From: the human T2T-CHM13v2.0 reference genome, Homo sapiens
Assembly: GCF_009914755.1 (NCBI RefSeq)
Contig: NC_060928.1
Direction: 5' to 3' (one strand)
Length of the DNA: 64,000 bases
Numbering within the stretch: the first letter of the stretch is position 1; the number at the start of each line of letters is the position of its first letter. The position numbers and the translations under genes were made by a program. The notes beneath the pieces are model-generated. The model ran no database searches. It was given only the letters and a program-made list of their open reading frames with translations, and had not been told where the DNA came from. Below are positions 1-17,469 of this stretch, one piece after another.

Positions 1-219
1 TTCCAAACCCAGTTTGAAACAGAAATTTGCTCAAAGAAACTCAGAGACCTGAAAACGCAAATCTGTGAAACTCTGAAATCCAAGAGAGAACTTATGAGGA
101 TCCCTGCTGCTCCAAGAGATCAACAGACACAAATGGGTCTTGTGGATACCTCACCTGGTCACTCAGCGCTCCTGGGGGTGGTTGGAAGCTCTACTTTGGA
201 TCCCACCTCTTACACCATC
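1..219 (-). mobile_element. ERV1 (MER57-type) internal leader region, continuing beyond the window start
   Basis: Abuts the MER57-like LTR. On the minus strand the LTR end is followed by a primer-binding site, so this is the 5' LTR/leader junction. Confidence 0.75.
200..217 (-). promoter_or_regulatory. Retroviral primer-binding site, tRNA-Leu-like
   Basis: Minus strand reads TGGTGTAAGAGGTGGGAT 2 nt after the LTR end, versus the tRNA-Leu(CAA)-type PBS TGGTGTCAGAAGTGGGAT (16/18). Confidence 0.7.
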
Positions 220-618
220 TGATAAAAGATAAACATCAGCTGAATTAAATTTAAAGGAGTTTAATTGAACAATGAGCAATTTGCAAATCTGGCGGCCTTC
301 CCAGCCATAGCAGGCTGGGAGACTCCAGCGCAGCCACATGGTGGAACAAGATTTATGGACAGAAAAAGGAAAGTGAGGTAAAGAAAATGGAAGTGAGGTA
401 CAAAAATAGCTGGGTTTGTGACAGCTCAGCATTTGCCATATTTGAACACAGACTGAACAGTTGGCTGCATTTGATTGGCCAAAACTTGGTAGTTGACAAA
501 AGAGTAGGTTACCATCTGTTTACACCCCCAGTTCTTATAGTTCACTATGTACAAAAAACCCTTTAGGCCAAACTTAAAATACGCAAGGAGGCGGCTTTAG
601 GCTAAACATGATTCAACA
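220..618 (-). mobile_element. MER57-family LTR (ERV1), 5' LTR
   Basis: Minus strand starts TGTTGAATCATGTTTAGCCTAAAGCCGCCTCCTTGCGTATTTTAAGTTTGGCCTAAAGG, matching the recalled MER57 start, and ends in CA. Confidence 0.8.
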
Positions 619-1278
619 ATAGCAATGAGATATGTTAGGAACCAGTAGATGGACAAAAAAGAATGCTTTATTGGTCCAAAGTATCTCAGGAATAATGCCT
701 TCTTAAAATCACCATGGCACATGAATCTGACAAAAAAATATACAAACCCAAAACCTAAACAATGATATTTGTTGTTAACAAATCACATTTACAAGGTCAG
801 GAAAACTACAAGTTAAGTGGATAATTTAGAAATAATACGTGTAGACCATCTAGCCCAGTAACATGCTCAGAGTTGGCACTTAATAAAACATCTGTTTGTA
901 TTACAATTATTTAATTAAATCATGTATATTGTGGCAAAAATAATTTTTATTGCTTTGTAATCTTACATGATAACATTTTAAGAAGTAACTACCTCTGCTA
1001 GGCATGCAAATTCTAAAGGCAGACATATTTACAAAGCTAAAGGTCTCATTGTTTCAGATTTAAAATCAACAAAAGAAAATAGGCTTAATTTGTTCAATTT
1101 TGCTTAATTTTCAGCCTAGAATTCTGCCTATTTCTTCAGTTAAGAAATATCAGTCTAAGGCCTTCTTCATTCATATCTCTTTCCCTTTTTTTATGATATA
1201 GCTTCTAGTTACAAGGAAATGTTTGAAAATATTATGGGAGTGGGGGCTGGCCTCTAGTCTTTTATCTTACAACTTTTA

Positions 1279-1300
1279 GAAAACAAAACAAAACAAAAAC
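1279..1300 (+). repeat. (AAAAC)n short tandem repeat
   Basis: gaaaacaaaacaaaacaaaaac seen directly. Confidence 0.8.
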
Positions 1301-2401
1301 AGCTATGACTCAAGAACTCTAAAGTTGACTCAATACTTAAATTTTGGAATTCAGAATATGCTGTTCTCTGTCATGTGAATGGCTCTTGCTATTATGTTAT
1401 TTGTTCCTATTGTCTACTAACCTGTTTCGTAAAAGACTGTTTTGAAGATCAAAGCTGTACTCTCTCTATTTTCTTTGCTATGTTCTGCCTTCCCCCATAA
1501 GAAATCAGTGGCTCAGCTTTAATAGGTTCAGGGTTAAAAGGCAACAGATATTGCTAGAAATAAGAATTACCTAAGTTAATATTTAAAATGTATTGCTATT
1601 ACATATGATTAGCATCTAAAAAAGACAACAAATGCTATTAGGGCCTGGTAATGGGCACTTCTCTTTGTAAGGGTGGAAGAAAGTCTGTTGACTCCCCTTA
1701 ATAGTGGGAGACTTTCCACTCAAAAACAAGGTTATTAGAACCTCCATTTAGATGATTACATGTTTCTAAAGACAATATCATATAGGTGGGGATATTTTCA
1801 AGAGTTTTAAAAGCATGGAGTTGAAGGCTTTATTTGTCATGTTTTTATTTTAAAATATCAATTCAATACCCTGTATTACTGACTATCTCAAGTAATGTTA
1901 TAAAGTAGGTTTGGAAGGCCTAAAATTTGAAAATATAAAGAAATGACTTTTAGCAGTACATCAATACCTGGCTGAAATTCTGGTAAACTGTTTAAAGAGG
2001 CACATTCCCTGTTTCACAGGAGTGATGTGCTAATACCTTTCTACAAGGACTACCAGACTGCATTGAAAAGTCCCATTCAAACTAGAGCTAAAATGGTGTT
2101 TGTATCTTGAACTAGTTAAGGTTCATGAAATTTCAGAAAACTTTTGAATGGCTCGATACACCCAATAAATCTGTGGAGAAAATTAGGCTCTGATCTTATT
2201 CAGTTTTTAAGTGGAATAACCAAAGTTTATTTATTAAAGAATCCTAAGAAGTTGCTAACATTAGAAAACCTATTATTTTCCCTATTTTTGTTTGTGATTT
2301 TCAATATTCAAAATGGATTTCAGTCACTATGGAGCTAGAATATACAGTATTATATCTACCTATATATAATATTAAAGTATTATATCTTGGTAGATGAATA
2401 G

Positions 2402-2859
2402 TTTCACTTGCATCCATGTGAAGAGACCACCAAACAGGCTTTGTCTGAGCAACAAGGCTGTTTATTTCACCTGGGTGCAGGCGGGCTGAGTCCAGAAAGA
2501 GAGTCAGTGAAGGGAGATAGGGTTGGGGCCATTTTATAAGATTTGGGTAGGTAAAGGAAAATTACAGTCAAAGGGGGTTGTTCTCTGGTGGGCAGGGGTG
2601 GGGGTCACAAGGTGCTCAGTGGGGGAACTTTCTGAGCCAGGATGAGCCAGGAGAAGGAATTTCACAAGGTAATGTCATCAGTTAAGGCAAGGACCGGCCA
2701 TTTTCACTTGTTTTGTGGTGGAATGTTATCAGTTAAGGCAGGAACAGGCCATTTAAATATCACTTCTTTTGTGAGTCTTCAGTTACTTCAGGCCATCTGA
2801 ATGTATACATGCAGGTTACAGGGGATGCGATGGCTTAGCTTGGGCTCAGAGGCCTGACA
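2402..2859 (-). mobile_element. Solo LTR7 (HERV-H LTR)
   Basis: Minus strand starts TGTCAGGCCTCTGAGCCCAAGCTAAGCCATC and ends GTGAAA. TATAAAA at 2532-2538 and AATAAA at 2461-2466 (minus). Perfect 5-bp TSD AATAG at 2397-2401 and 2860-2864. Confidence 0.96.
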
Positions 2860-3258
2860 AATAGAAATTAGAGTATACCACACAAACACATACAACCTAT
2901 TCTAAATGAAAACTTCTTAATGGTAAATTTAAATTTAATTGATTATTTCTTCTTTTCAAATTAAAAGAATTTGCTTTTCTCAGGCTGATAGTTGCCAGAG
3001 AAAACTTTCTAATGGGTTACAGGCCATAGAGACCTGAGATTTACCCAGTTATGCCATTTTTAGTTTTTCCATTTTCTTCTTATTTAGGGATGGTCTATTC
3101 TATGTTAGACTTTTCTTGTTTGCTTTCTCAAGAAAGTCAAAGTTATAAATTATTTTCCTTAAAATATTTTCTACCATAGAATGAATATTTGAGATAAGCA
3201 CTTGAGAACTGAGTCTATAATAACACTAAGATGAAAATGAAAACAAACTGCATCTTAG

Positions 3259-3706
3259 TTTCACGCGCGTCCATGTGAAGAGACCACAAAACAGGCTTTG
3301 TGTGAGCAACAAGGTTGTTTATTTCACCTGTGTGTAGGCAGGCTGAGTCCGAAAAGAAGTCAGCAAAGAGAGATAGGGGTGGGGCTGTTTTATAAGATTT
3401 GGGTAGGTAAAGGAAAAAGGGGGGTTGTTCTCTGGCGGGCAGGAGTGGGGGTCACAAGGTGCTCAGTGGGGGAGGTTTTTGAGCCAGGATGAGCCAGAAG
3501 AAGGAATTTCACAAGGTAATGTCATCAATTAAGGCAAGGACCAGCCATTTTTCACTTCTTTTGTGGTGGAATGTCATCAGTTAAGGCAGGAACGGCCATT
3601 TAAATATCACTTCTTTTGTGATTCTTCAGTTACTTCAGGCCATCTGGATGTATACGTGCAGGTCACAGGGGGTATGATGGCTTAGCTTGGGCTCAGAGGC
3701 CTGACA
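3259..3706 (-). mobile_element. LTR7, 3' LTR of the HERV-H provirus
   Basis: Same LTR7 termini, preceded on the minus strand by the polypurine tract AAGAAGACAGGAA. TATAAAA at 3388-3394 and AATAAA at 3318-3323 (minus). Confidence 0.96.
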
Positions 3707-4650
3707 TTCCTGTCTTCTTATATTAATAAGAAAAATAAAACATAATAGTGTTGAAGCATTGGGGTGGCAAAAGTTTTTGGGGGTGGTATGGAGAGATAAT
3801 GGGCCATGTTTCTCAGGACTGCTGTGAGCGGGATTAGGGGCGTCGTGGGAACCTAGAGCGGGAGAGATTAAGCTGAAGGAAGATTTTGTGGTAAGGGGTG
3901 ATATTGTGGGGTTGTTAGAAGAAACATTTGTTGTATAAAATTATTGGTGTTGGCCTGGATATGGTTTTGTATGAATTGAAAAAAGAACGGAATAAGACAA
4001 GGAGAAAAACAGGTATTAAAGGACTAAGAATTGGGAGGACCCAGGACATCTAATTAGGGAGTGCCTAAGGAGGTTCAGCATAGCCCTGCCAGCAAAGATT
4101 GTTTATTTACTTTAAGAGGGAGTTAAGAGTGGTGGTTTGGGGATAGCACCAGGAGATATCAGCTGTGAAGGCTTGGAGAAACAGTGTAAACCGGCAGTGT
4201 AAACAAGAGCAGGGCGTTTATCAGTAGTTGAGAACAGTGAATAGGAGTATGACCAGACAGAAGATAGTAGGGATGACAAGATTTTTTTTTGGCGGGGGGA
4301 GGGGCACAGTCCAAGTTGGTCTGGTGTCTGGAATGACACTGGGGCCTAATAAAAAGGAGCGTCTATACAGGAGCTCAAATGGGTTGTACCCTGTAGCATT
4401 CTGAGGACAGGCCCAAATTCTGAGAAGGGCAAGTGGTAAAAGTATTGTCCAGTCCTTTTTAAGTTGGTGGCTGAGCTTGGTGAGGTGTGTTTTTAAAAGA
4501 CCATTAGTTCACTGAATACTACGAGCCTAAGAAATTGCTTGGGTGATTCGACTAATAAAGGCCAGTCCATTATCGGACTGTATAGAGGTGGGAAGGCCAA
4601 ACCGAGGAATTATGTCTGACAGAAGGGAAGAAATGACTGCGGTGGCCTTC

Positions 4651-4887
4651 TCAGACCCTATGGGAAAGGCCTCTACCCATCCAGTGAAAGTGTCTACCCA
4701 GACCAAGAGGTATTTTAGTTTCCTGATTCAGGGCATGTTGAGTAAAGCCAATTTGCCAGTCCTGGGAGGGGGCAAATCCTTGAGCTTGATGTGTAGGGAA
4801 GGGAGGGGGCCTGAATGATCCCTGAGGAGTAGTAGAATAGCAGATGGAACACTGAGAAGTTATTTCCTTGAGGATAGATTTCCACAA
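4651..4887 (-). pseudogene. HERV-H integrase fragment
   Basis: ITSQCSICYSTTPQG (CxxC of the HHCC finger) and DWQIGFT (normally WQIDFT, so the first DDE aspartate is lost); frameshifted. Confidence 0.85.
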
Positions 4888-4996
4888 TGGAAAGGAAATG
4901 AGAGGTTCTAAGAGGCGGGCTAGTGGCTTGTACTATAGCATAGCCTGCCTTTGCTGGTGTGTGGCGATTAGGCCTGGTGGAACTGCCATCAATAAA

Positions 4997-5517
4997 TTAA
5001 GCATGATCAGGGTGAGGAACAGGAAAGGAGGAAATATGGGGAAATGGGGTGAATGTCAGGTGGATCTGAGAGATACAGTCATGGGGGTCAGGTGTGGCAT
5101 CAGGAATAATGTGGGAGGCCAGATTGAAGTCCGGGCCAGGAACAATGGTAATTGTGGGAGACTCAACAAAGAGTGAGTACAGCTGAAGGAGCCAGGAAGC
5201 AGAAAGTATATGTGTCAGGTGTGAGGAAGAAAATAGGTTTTGGAAGTTATGAGAACTGTAGAGAGTGAGTTGAGCATAGTTTGTGATTTTAAGGGCCTCT
5301 AAAAGTATTAGGGCAGCGGTGGCCGCCACACACAGACTTGAGGGCTAGGCAAAACAGTAAGGTCAAGTTGTTTGGATAAAAAGGCTACAGGGCACGGTCC
5401 AAGTTCTTGTGTAAGAATTTCGACTACATAGCCCTGCATTTCAGCTGTGGGTAATGAAAAGGGTTGGGATGAATCAGGGAGAGCTAGGGTGGGGGCAGTC
5501 TCTAAAGCTGTCTTCAA
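4997..5517 (-). pseudogene. HERV-H pol tether/RNase H-proximal fragments
   Basis: KTALETAPTLALPDSSQPFSL...PVAFLSKQLD, then AATAALILLEALKIT in another frame; typical gammaretroviral connection domain. Confidence 0.8.
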
Positions 5518-5846
5518 GGAACAGAAAGAGGAGTGGGGAAAGGATTTAGGATCTATGGGGCCAGCTAGGTTTCCTTTTGTGAGTTTACATAATGGTTTTG
5601 TTAGGATGGCAAAACCAGGTATCTAAAGTGGAAAGTACCCAACCATCCCTAGGAAGGAAAGGAGTTGTTGTTTTGTAGAAGGTGTTGGGGTTTGAGAGAT
5701 CAGTCGGACACGATCAGCAGGGAGAGCACGTGTGTTTTTATGAGAATTACGCCGAGATAGGTAACAGATGAGGATGAAATTTGGGCTTGACTGAAGTAAT
5801 GGGAGCTGTCTGTGAAGCCTTGCGGCAGTACAGCCCAGGTAATTTG

Positions 5847-6266
5847 CTAAGCCTGATGGGTGTCAGGGTCAGTCCAAGTGAAAGCGAAGAGAGGCCGGGA
5901 TGAAGGGTGCAAAGGAATAGTAAAGAAAGCATGTTTGCAATCCAGAACAGAATAATGGGTTGTGGAGGGAGGTACTGAGGATAGGAGAGTATATGGGTTT
6001 TGCACCACGGGTTGGATAGGCAAAACAATTTGGTTGATAAGGCGCAGATCCTGAACTAACCTGTAAGCCTTGTCTGGTTTTAGGACAGGTAAAATGGGGG
6101 AATTGTAAGGAGAGTTTATAGGCTTTAAAAGGCCATGCTGTAACAGGCGAGCGATAACAGGCTTTAATCCTTTTAAAGCATGCTGTGGGATGGGATATTG
6201 GCATTGAGTTGGGTAAGGGTGATTAGGTTTTAATGGGATGGTAAGGGGTACATGATCAGTCACCAA
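5847..6266 (-). pseudogene. HERV-H reverse transcriptase N-terminal fragment
   Basis: SPYNSPILPVLKPDKAYRLVQDLRLIN and VLDCKHAFFTIPL motifs. The reading frame is broken at the LPQG region and no YxDD is seen. Confidence 0.92.
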
Positions 6267-6284
6267 GGAGGGAGTAGAGGTGTC

Positions 6285-6663
6285 TTATACTTGCGGGTTA
6301 AGGTAGGGGTATATGAGAGGAGGATGTGAAGGAGGCTTTGAACTGGGGAAAAGGGCAGCAATGAGGTGTGGCTGTAGTCCAGGAATGGTCAGGGAAGCAG
6401 ATAATTTAGTTAAAATGTCTTGGCCTAATAAGGGAACTGGGCAGGTGGGGATAACTAAAAGAGTGCATAAAAGAATGTTGTCTAAGTTGGCACCGGAGTT
6501 GGGGAGTTTTAAGAGGTTTAGAAGCCTGGCCGTCAATACCCACAACAGTTATGGAGGCAAGGGAAACAGGCCCTTGAAAAGAAAGTAATGTGGAGTGGGT
6601 AGCCTCCGTATTGATTAAGAAGGGGACGGACTTAACCTCCACTGTGAGATTTACCCAGAGCAT
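6285..6663 (-). pseudogene. HERV-H protease remnant
   Basis: VPFLINTEATHSTL (active-site DTG replaced by NTE), VVGIDG flap, and CPVPLLGQDIL in a second frame. Confidence 0.85.
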
Positions 6664-6867
6664 CTGTGATGGTCCTGTAGGCTTCTGAGGCGATCGGGCA
6701 GTGTCAGTCTTCAGCTGCTAAGCCGAGAAGATCTGGGAAGGAGTCAGTCAGACAGCCTTGGGCCAGAGTTCCAGGGGCTCTGGAAGTAGCTGCCAGGTGA
6801 GTTGAACAGTCCGATTTTCAGTGGAGTCCTGCACAGATGGGATATGGCTTAGGAGGAATCCCGGGCT

Positions 6868-9640
<2,773 letters not shown>

Positions 9641-10680
9641 AATTAGTTCATCTGTAGTTTAATAAAATATTTCTATTTCTGCTGGAGTTACCTGAAGTTT
9701 AAAAGCCCTGAGAGAAAACTCTGTTCAAACTAAAAGTTCATAAAACAAGGGAATTACATTTTTTTGTTGTTGTTGACCCTTGGTAGCATTCCTTTAAGAG
9801 AATTTTATGACTATATGTGTAACTTTTTAATTTGATAAGTGCTTTGTTTTTGGCCAGCATTTAATGTGGGAGTGTGGCACACAAGGATTTCAAAAGTATC
9901 ATTTTACAAGACTTCAAAAATTAAACATATCTAAGATATATCAGTGCATAAAAAACAGACAAATATGATTAGCATGATTCTACATTTTCACAAAACAAAA
10001 CAAATCAACACAAAAGTCTGCATATCTATAGCAAATCACTGAACAAATGGGATTGGAGGAAAATAGTTATAAGGTGGGGCTCCCATTTTTACTTGGTGGT
10101 TTTTTATGCTATTTAATTTTTTATAAGTATTTGGTAATTTTAAAGGATTGTAAGGTTTGTGTGACTAGGCAACAAATTGGCCAATCATACAGATAGGTTC
10201 AGGAACATGTTTGAAGAAGAGCATCAGAGTCTAGCGTAGTAACTAAAAAGTTGTGTAACTATGCAAAAGAAACCTCCAGAAATTTAAATAAGCAAGGAAG
10301 ATTTCATTCAAGACTACTAAAATAGAGGAGAAAGATTGAACCCAAGTCTACTGAACGAAAAGTCAGGAGAGATTTTAAGGGCTGGAGTGAGCTACTGGGA
10401 ACACACTGGAGAATGTTAGGGAGCATGATCATCGGGATAGGTTAGTTATCCCTAAGTCTGCAATATTTTTGTCTATTATTAAGCAATTGGTGTTTGCAAA
10501 TTTGGTGCCCATTAAAGTCCATCTTCTATTGTCCCACAAACAGAGAGCGGAGCACTATCATCCTTGACGGGTACATTTCAAAGAAATCCAACATAAATTT
10601 TTAACGCAGACATTCTTAAATTGTAAAACTGGCAAGACTCTTAATAGGGTGAGATAAAAAATTTACAATTTGAGTTTTCT

Positions 10681-11066
10681 TTTTTAATTTTTTTATTATT
10701 ATACTTTAAGTTCTAGGGTACATGTGCACAACGTGCAGCTTTGTTACATATGCATACATGTGCCATGTTGGTGTGCTGCACCCATTAACTCATCATTTAC
10801 ATTAGGTATATCTCCTAATGCTATCCCTCTCCCCTCCACCCACCCCATGACAGGCCCCGGTGTGTGATGTTCCCCATCCTGTGTCCAAGTGTTCTCATTG
10901 TTCAGTTCCCACCTATGACTGAGAACATGCAGTGTTTGGTTTTCTGTCCTTGTGATAGTTTGCTCAGAATGATGGTTTCCAGCTTCATCCACGTCCCTAC
11001 AAAGGACATGAACTCATCATTTTTTATGGCTGCATAGTATCCCATGGTATATATGTGCCATATTTT
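10681..11066 (-). mobile_element. L1PA5-like 3' end (~385 bp), distal part of a compound L1 insertion
   Basis: Poly-T tail and 3'UTR with older diagnostics (TTCTAGGGT, ATTTACATTAGG, GACAGGCCCCGGT, GTCCAAGTG, GCTCAGAATG). Confidence 0.9.
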
Positions 11067-12917
<1,851 letters not shown>

Positions 12918-14917
12918 ACAACTTGAGTTTTCTAAGGTAAATACTTACCTTGGAAAAGAGATGTCAGGGGTCTATGCTCAGGAACAACTGTCTAATGTTT
13001 AGTCAAGCTGAGGAGAATATTAAGACCATCTTGATAATTTCTTTAAATCTTCACTCCATAAGGTCAAGATTCCTCTGTTTTTCACAACACAAAGAATCCT
13101 GAGAAGAATACCACAATAACCAGATATGAGACACATTGCAGTTATTTATATAAAATAACACATTATTTAAGGAAGTCTGCTACTCAGAGAGACAAACAGA
13201 GGTTAAAATTTCATAACACAATAGTCAAAAATACAGAAATTCTTGAAGAATAGTACAAACACAAATATGACAAAATAATATAGTACTTAAGAAGATTCAG
13301 ATGCATTATACAAAAATAAGGCACTCTGAAACGGTGTCACCAAGATAGCAGAGCAGAAGATACCACAAACAAAAATAACTTCGTCCCTTACACACACAAA
13401 ACACAAATGTAGATAACTATCCACAAAACAAAACAGCACTGGGATGGCTGTAGGTCCCATTGAAGAATCTGCAGCAACACAATGGAGAAAAAAAAAAAAA
13501 AACCAGAGACTGTCCATATAAAAGTTCGCTGATGAAGTCGGCATGCCTAACAGCCAGGAGATGACTATAAAGAAAGAAGAAAGGCAAACACTATTGGTAT
13601 CTGTCACATGGCAGGAACTACCATAGTCTCCAGCATCCTGCTGCACAGAAGACACTGGCATTTTTAACCATTGAAGTTACCAAGAGCAATTCCCTCTAGA
13701 AAATCCCAAAGAGGGACATGCAGCTGCAAACTTCCCCTACCAGAAGCAGGTGGTATTGTACTATTTTGAGATTGGAGCTGCAACCTTTCTCAACTCTTCT
13801 CCTGCTCCTCACCCCAGAGCCACAGATGCTCTGCAAATGCCCATTCTATGTGGTAGCCCTATGCTTGCCCACACCTCAGACACTGCAGCCATCACCACAG
13901 TGAGCTACTTTGTACACCAAACCCTGTACAGAAGGCCTTTCTGTGCCTCAGCTCTAGTTAGCAACTCAGCTACCAGAGATTTCACCCACACACTGAACTG
14001 TAGAGCTGCTGCAGCTCTGCACACACCCGTGCTCCAGATGCCAGCTCCAAGCATGCACTGTGCACACTGATGCCTTAGATACCACTGCCATTTCCATAGT
14101 GAGCTAGCATGCAACTCAGGCCCTGGATCCAAGGTCTTTCTGCATGTGCCCACATGTAGGCACCAGCTGAGCCATCACAGAGAGCTAGACCTCATCCAGG
14201 CTCCAGGCCTGTAGTTTTGCACATACTCATGCTTGTGCATACTCTTCATTCCTTAGCTGTTTCACATACCTCACATACAAGTGTCTATATCCCTGGCATG
14301 GGTGCTGTTACAGCCCTGGAACCTAGAGCCATGTGTGCCAATGCTTTAGTCCTCAGCTCTGTTGCCACTTCAGAGGTGCCACTCATCAGACACCTGTGCC
14401 ACCACCATTGCAGGCAGGAACACAAGCTGTACCCAATGCCAAGAGGGAGCCCATCAGCCATAATTTTCCTGGTGGGAAGAAGAAAGATCAGGAGGGCCTA
14501 GCATCCATTATCACCAAAGACCCCAATAGACCTCACTGCCACTGTGGACATCCATAATGTTAGCCAATGAGGATAATCACAATGTTGTCTACACTGAACT
14601 CAGCTGACAAAGCTGAATAAAGACAGAGCTGAATATTAAAGGGCACTGCTGTGCCCTCATGAGTGTCAGACCTGCTGCACCCCACCAGCTAGTGTGTCTG
14701 AATTCATATAGGAGGTCTTCTCCCACCAAAATCCTTCCATAAAGCCTAAAAACAGTGATTGTTCTACCAAATGTGCAGACAATAACAAGGCAACAATAAA
14801 AACAACAAAAAAGATGAAAAAACAAGGATATAAATTACCACAATAAAAACACAATTTCCTGGTAGCTGAACCCAAAGAAATGAAAATCTAAGAACTATCT
14901 TACAAAGAATTAAAATA

Positions 14918-15206
<289 letters not shown>

Positions 15207-15298
15207 AAAGAATCAAAATAATTGTTTAAGGAATCTCAGTGAGTTTCAATAAAACACAGAAACAATTCAAAAATCAGGAAGATTATAAATGAGCAAAA

Positions 15299-15488
15299 TG
15301 AGAAATTTCACACAGATAATAAAATTATTTTTTAAAAGAAAATTTTGGAACTAAGGAATACAATGAATGAAATAAAAAGCAGAGTAGAAAGCTTGAGAAA
15401 TTTCACATAGATAATAAAATTATTTTTTAAAAGAAAATTTTGGAACTAAGGAATACAATGAATGAAATAAAAAGCAGAGTAGAGAGCA
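15299..15488 (+). repeat. 95-bp tandem duplication
   Basis: Copies at 15299-15393 and 15394-15488 differ at about 3 positions. Confidence 0.95.
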
Positions 15489-16963
15489 TGAACAACTGCT
15501 TGATCACAGAGAGGAAAGATTCTCTGAACTCGAAGACAGGTTATTTGAAATTAATTGAGTCAAATGAGAAAAAAGAAAAATAAAAAAAGGAATGAAGAAA
15601 CATACAGGACTTATAGAACTGTATCAAGATAAATCATTTTCAAATTACAGAGGATTGAGATTGAGAAGGGAAAGAGACAGAATGCTTATTTTAGAAAATA
15701 TAGTTGAAAACTTTCAAAATCTTATAAAAGATATAATTATCCAAGCAGGTAAAATGTCTCCAGTAAGATCCCTCCATTAATATAGTTATACAGGAAGGGC
15801 AAAGGTCTCCAGTATGATTCAATCTAAACAAGACTACATCAAGATATATTAAAATTAACTATAAAAAAATTAAAGGAAAGGAATCTGAAAGCCACAAGAC
15901 GAAAGAAGCATATGACATATTAGGACATTTCAAGAAGGCTTTCAGTAGATTCTCAGCAGAAACCTCACAGACCGGGAGACATTGGATTAATATATCCAAA
16001 GAGCTAAAAGGAAAACAATTTCCAAATAAGACTACCTGACAAAGTTGTCAAATGAAAAAGAGAGAAAGGCTTTCCAAGACAAACTAAAGCTGAGGGAGGC
16101 CATCACTATATCCACCTTATAAGAAATCCTAAAGGAAGTTCTTCAAGTTTAAAGAAAATGACTATAATTAGAAACATGAAAACATATGAAGGTAGAAACC
16201 TCACTGGTAAAAGTATATAGTCAAAATCAGATTTGTCTAATCCTATAATGGTGGTTGGTAAATCACTAATATTTTTATTATGAAGGCTCAAAGACAAAAT
16301 TATTAAAATAATAGCTATAGTAAGTTGTTAAGGGACACATAACATAAAAAGATGTAATTTGTGTCATCAAAAACATAAAATGTAGGGCAGGGGTGGAGTA
16401 AAAACATGGAGTTTCTTATGCAATCAAACTTAAGTTGATATCAGCCTCAAATAGCCTATTAACAATAAGATGACCTATGTAAACCTCAAGATAACCACAA
16501 AGCAAGAATGCATAGTAGATACACAAAAGATAAAAAGTAAAAAACTTAAGCATACCACTATAGAAAATCATCCAATCACAAAGAAAGACAAGAAGAGAGA
16601 AGGCATGCAAAACAACCAAAAACAAATTAACAAAATGGCAATATTAAGTCCTTACCTATTGAAAATGATAATGAATGTAAATGGATTAAACTCCCCATTC
16701 AAGGACATGCAGTGGCTAAATGGATAATACAACAAGATCCAACTATATATTGTCTAGAAGAAACTCATTACCTTTACAAACATATGTAGGCTGAAAGTGA
16801 AGGGATTAAGAAAAAGATACTTCATTCAAGAAAAAATAAAATGAAACAAGGATAGCTGCACTTATATCAGATAAAATAGAATTTAAGTCAAAACTGTAAA
16901 GAGAGACAAAGAAAGTCATTATATAATGATAGAGACGTCAAGTCATCAAGAAGATATAATAAT

Positions 16964-17469
16964 TGTGTGTATACACATGTGTGTGTATATATATATGTAT
17001 ACATATGTGTGTATATACACACATATGTATATACTATATATTGTGTGTATATACACACATATGTATATACTATATATTGTGTGTATATACACATATATAC
17101 AATACATATTGTGTGTATATATACACATATAAAATATGTATATACATATATGAATATTATACACTTTTATATATGTATTATATACACATATATAATATGT
17201 GTCTATATACCCATTTTTATATATAGTATATATAGTGTATATATATAGTGTATATATATACAGAGTATATATATACATTATATATAGTGTATATATAGTA
17301 TATATAGTATACTATATATACCCATATGTATACTATATATACATGTATGTTTATGTATAGACATATACTTGTGTATATATACCTATACACACATATATGT
17401 ATATGTATGTGTGTGTGTATATATATATATATATATGTATAGTGTGTGTGTATGTGTGTATGTGTGTAT
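16964..17469. repeat. Complex (TA)n/(TG)n/(CA)n micro/minisatellite, ~500 bp
   Basis: Seen directly; includes a repeated ~36-bp unit TGTGTGTATATACACACATATGTATATACTATATAT. Accounts for the Y/I/C/V/T-rich ORFs. Confidence 0.97.

Noticed and set aside
620-2396. Non-repeat AT-rich sequence downstream of the LTR7 pair as a possible LTR-driven lncRNA body or enhancer
   Set aside because: No ORF, splice pattern or motif cluster distinguishable from background without expression or conservation data.
2402-3706. The two LTR7s as 5' and 3' LTRs of one internally deleted provirus
   Set aside because: The intervening 2860-3258 is AT-rich non-HERV sequence with no PBS or PPT, and the left LTR has its own TSD.
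13287-14875. Dense short ORFs in GC-richer sequence, also at 54317-55788
   Set aside because: They lie in L1 5'UTRs where stop codons are rarer; no recognisable domain or splice structure.
15299-15488. Direct repeats as a CRISPR-like array
   Set aside because: Two adjacent copies without spacers, inside a primate L1.
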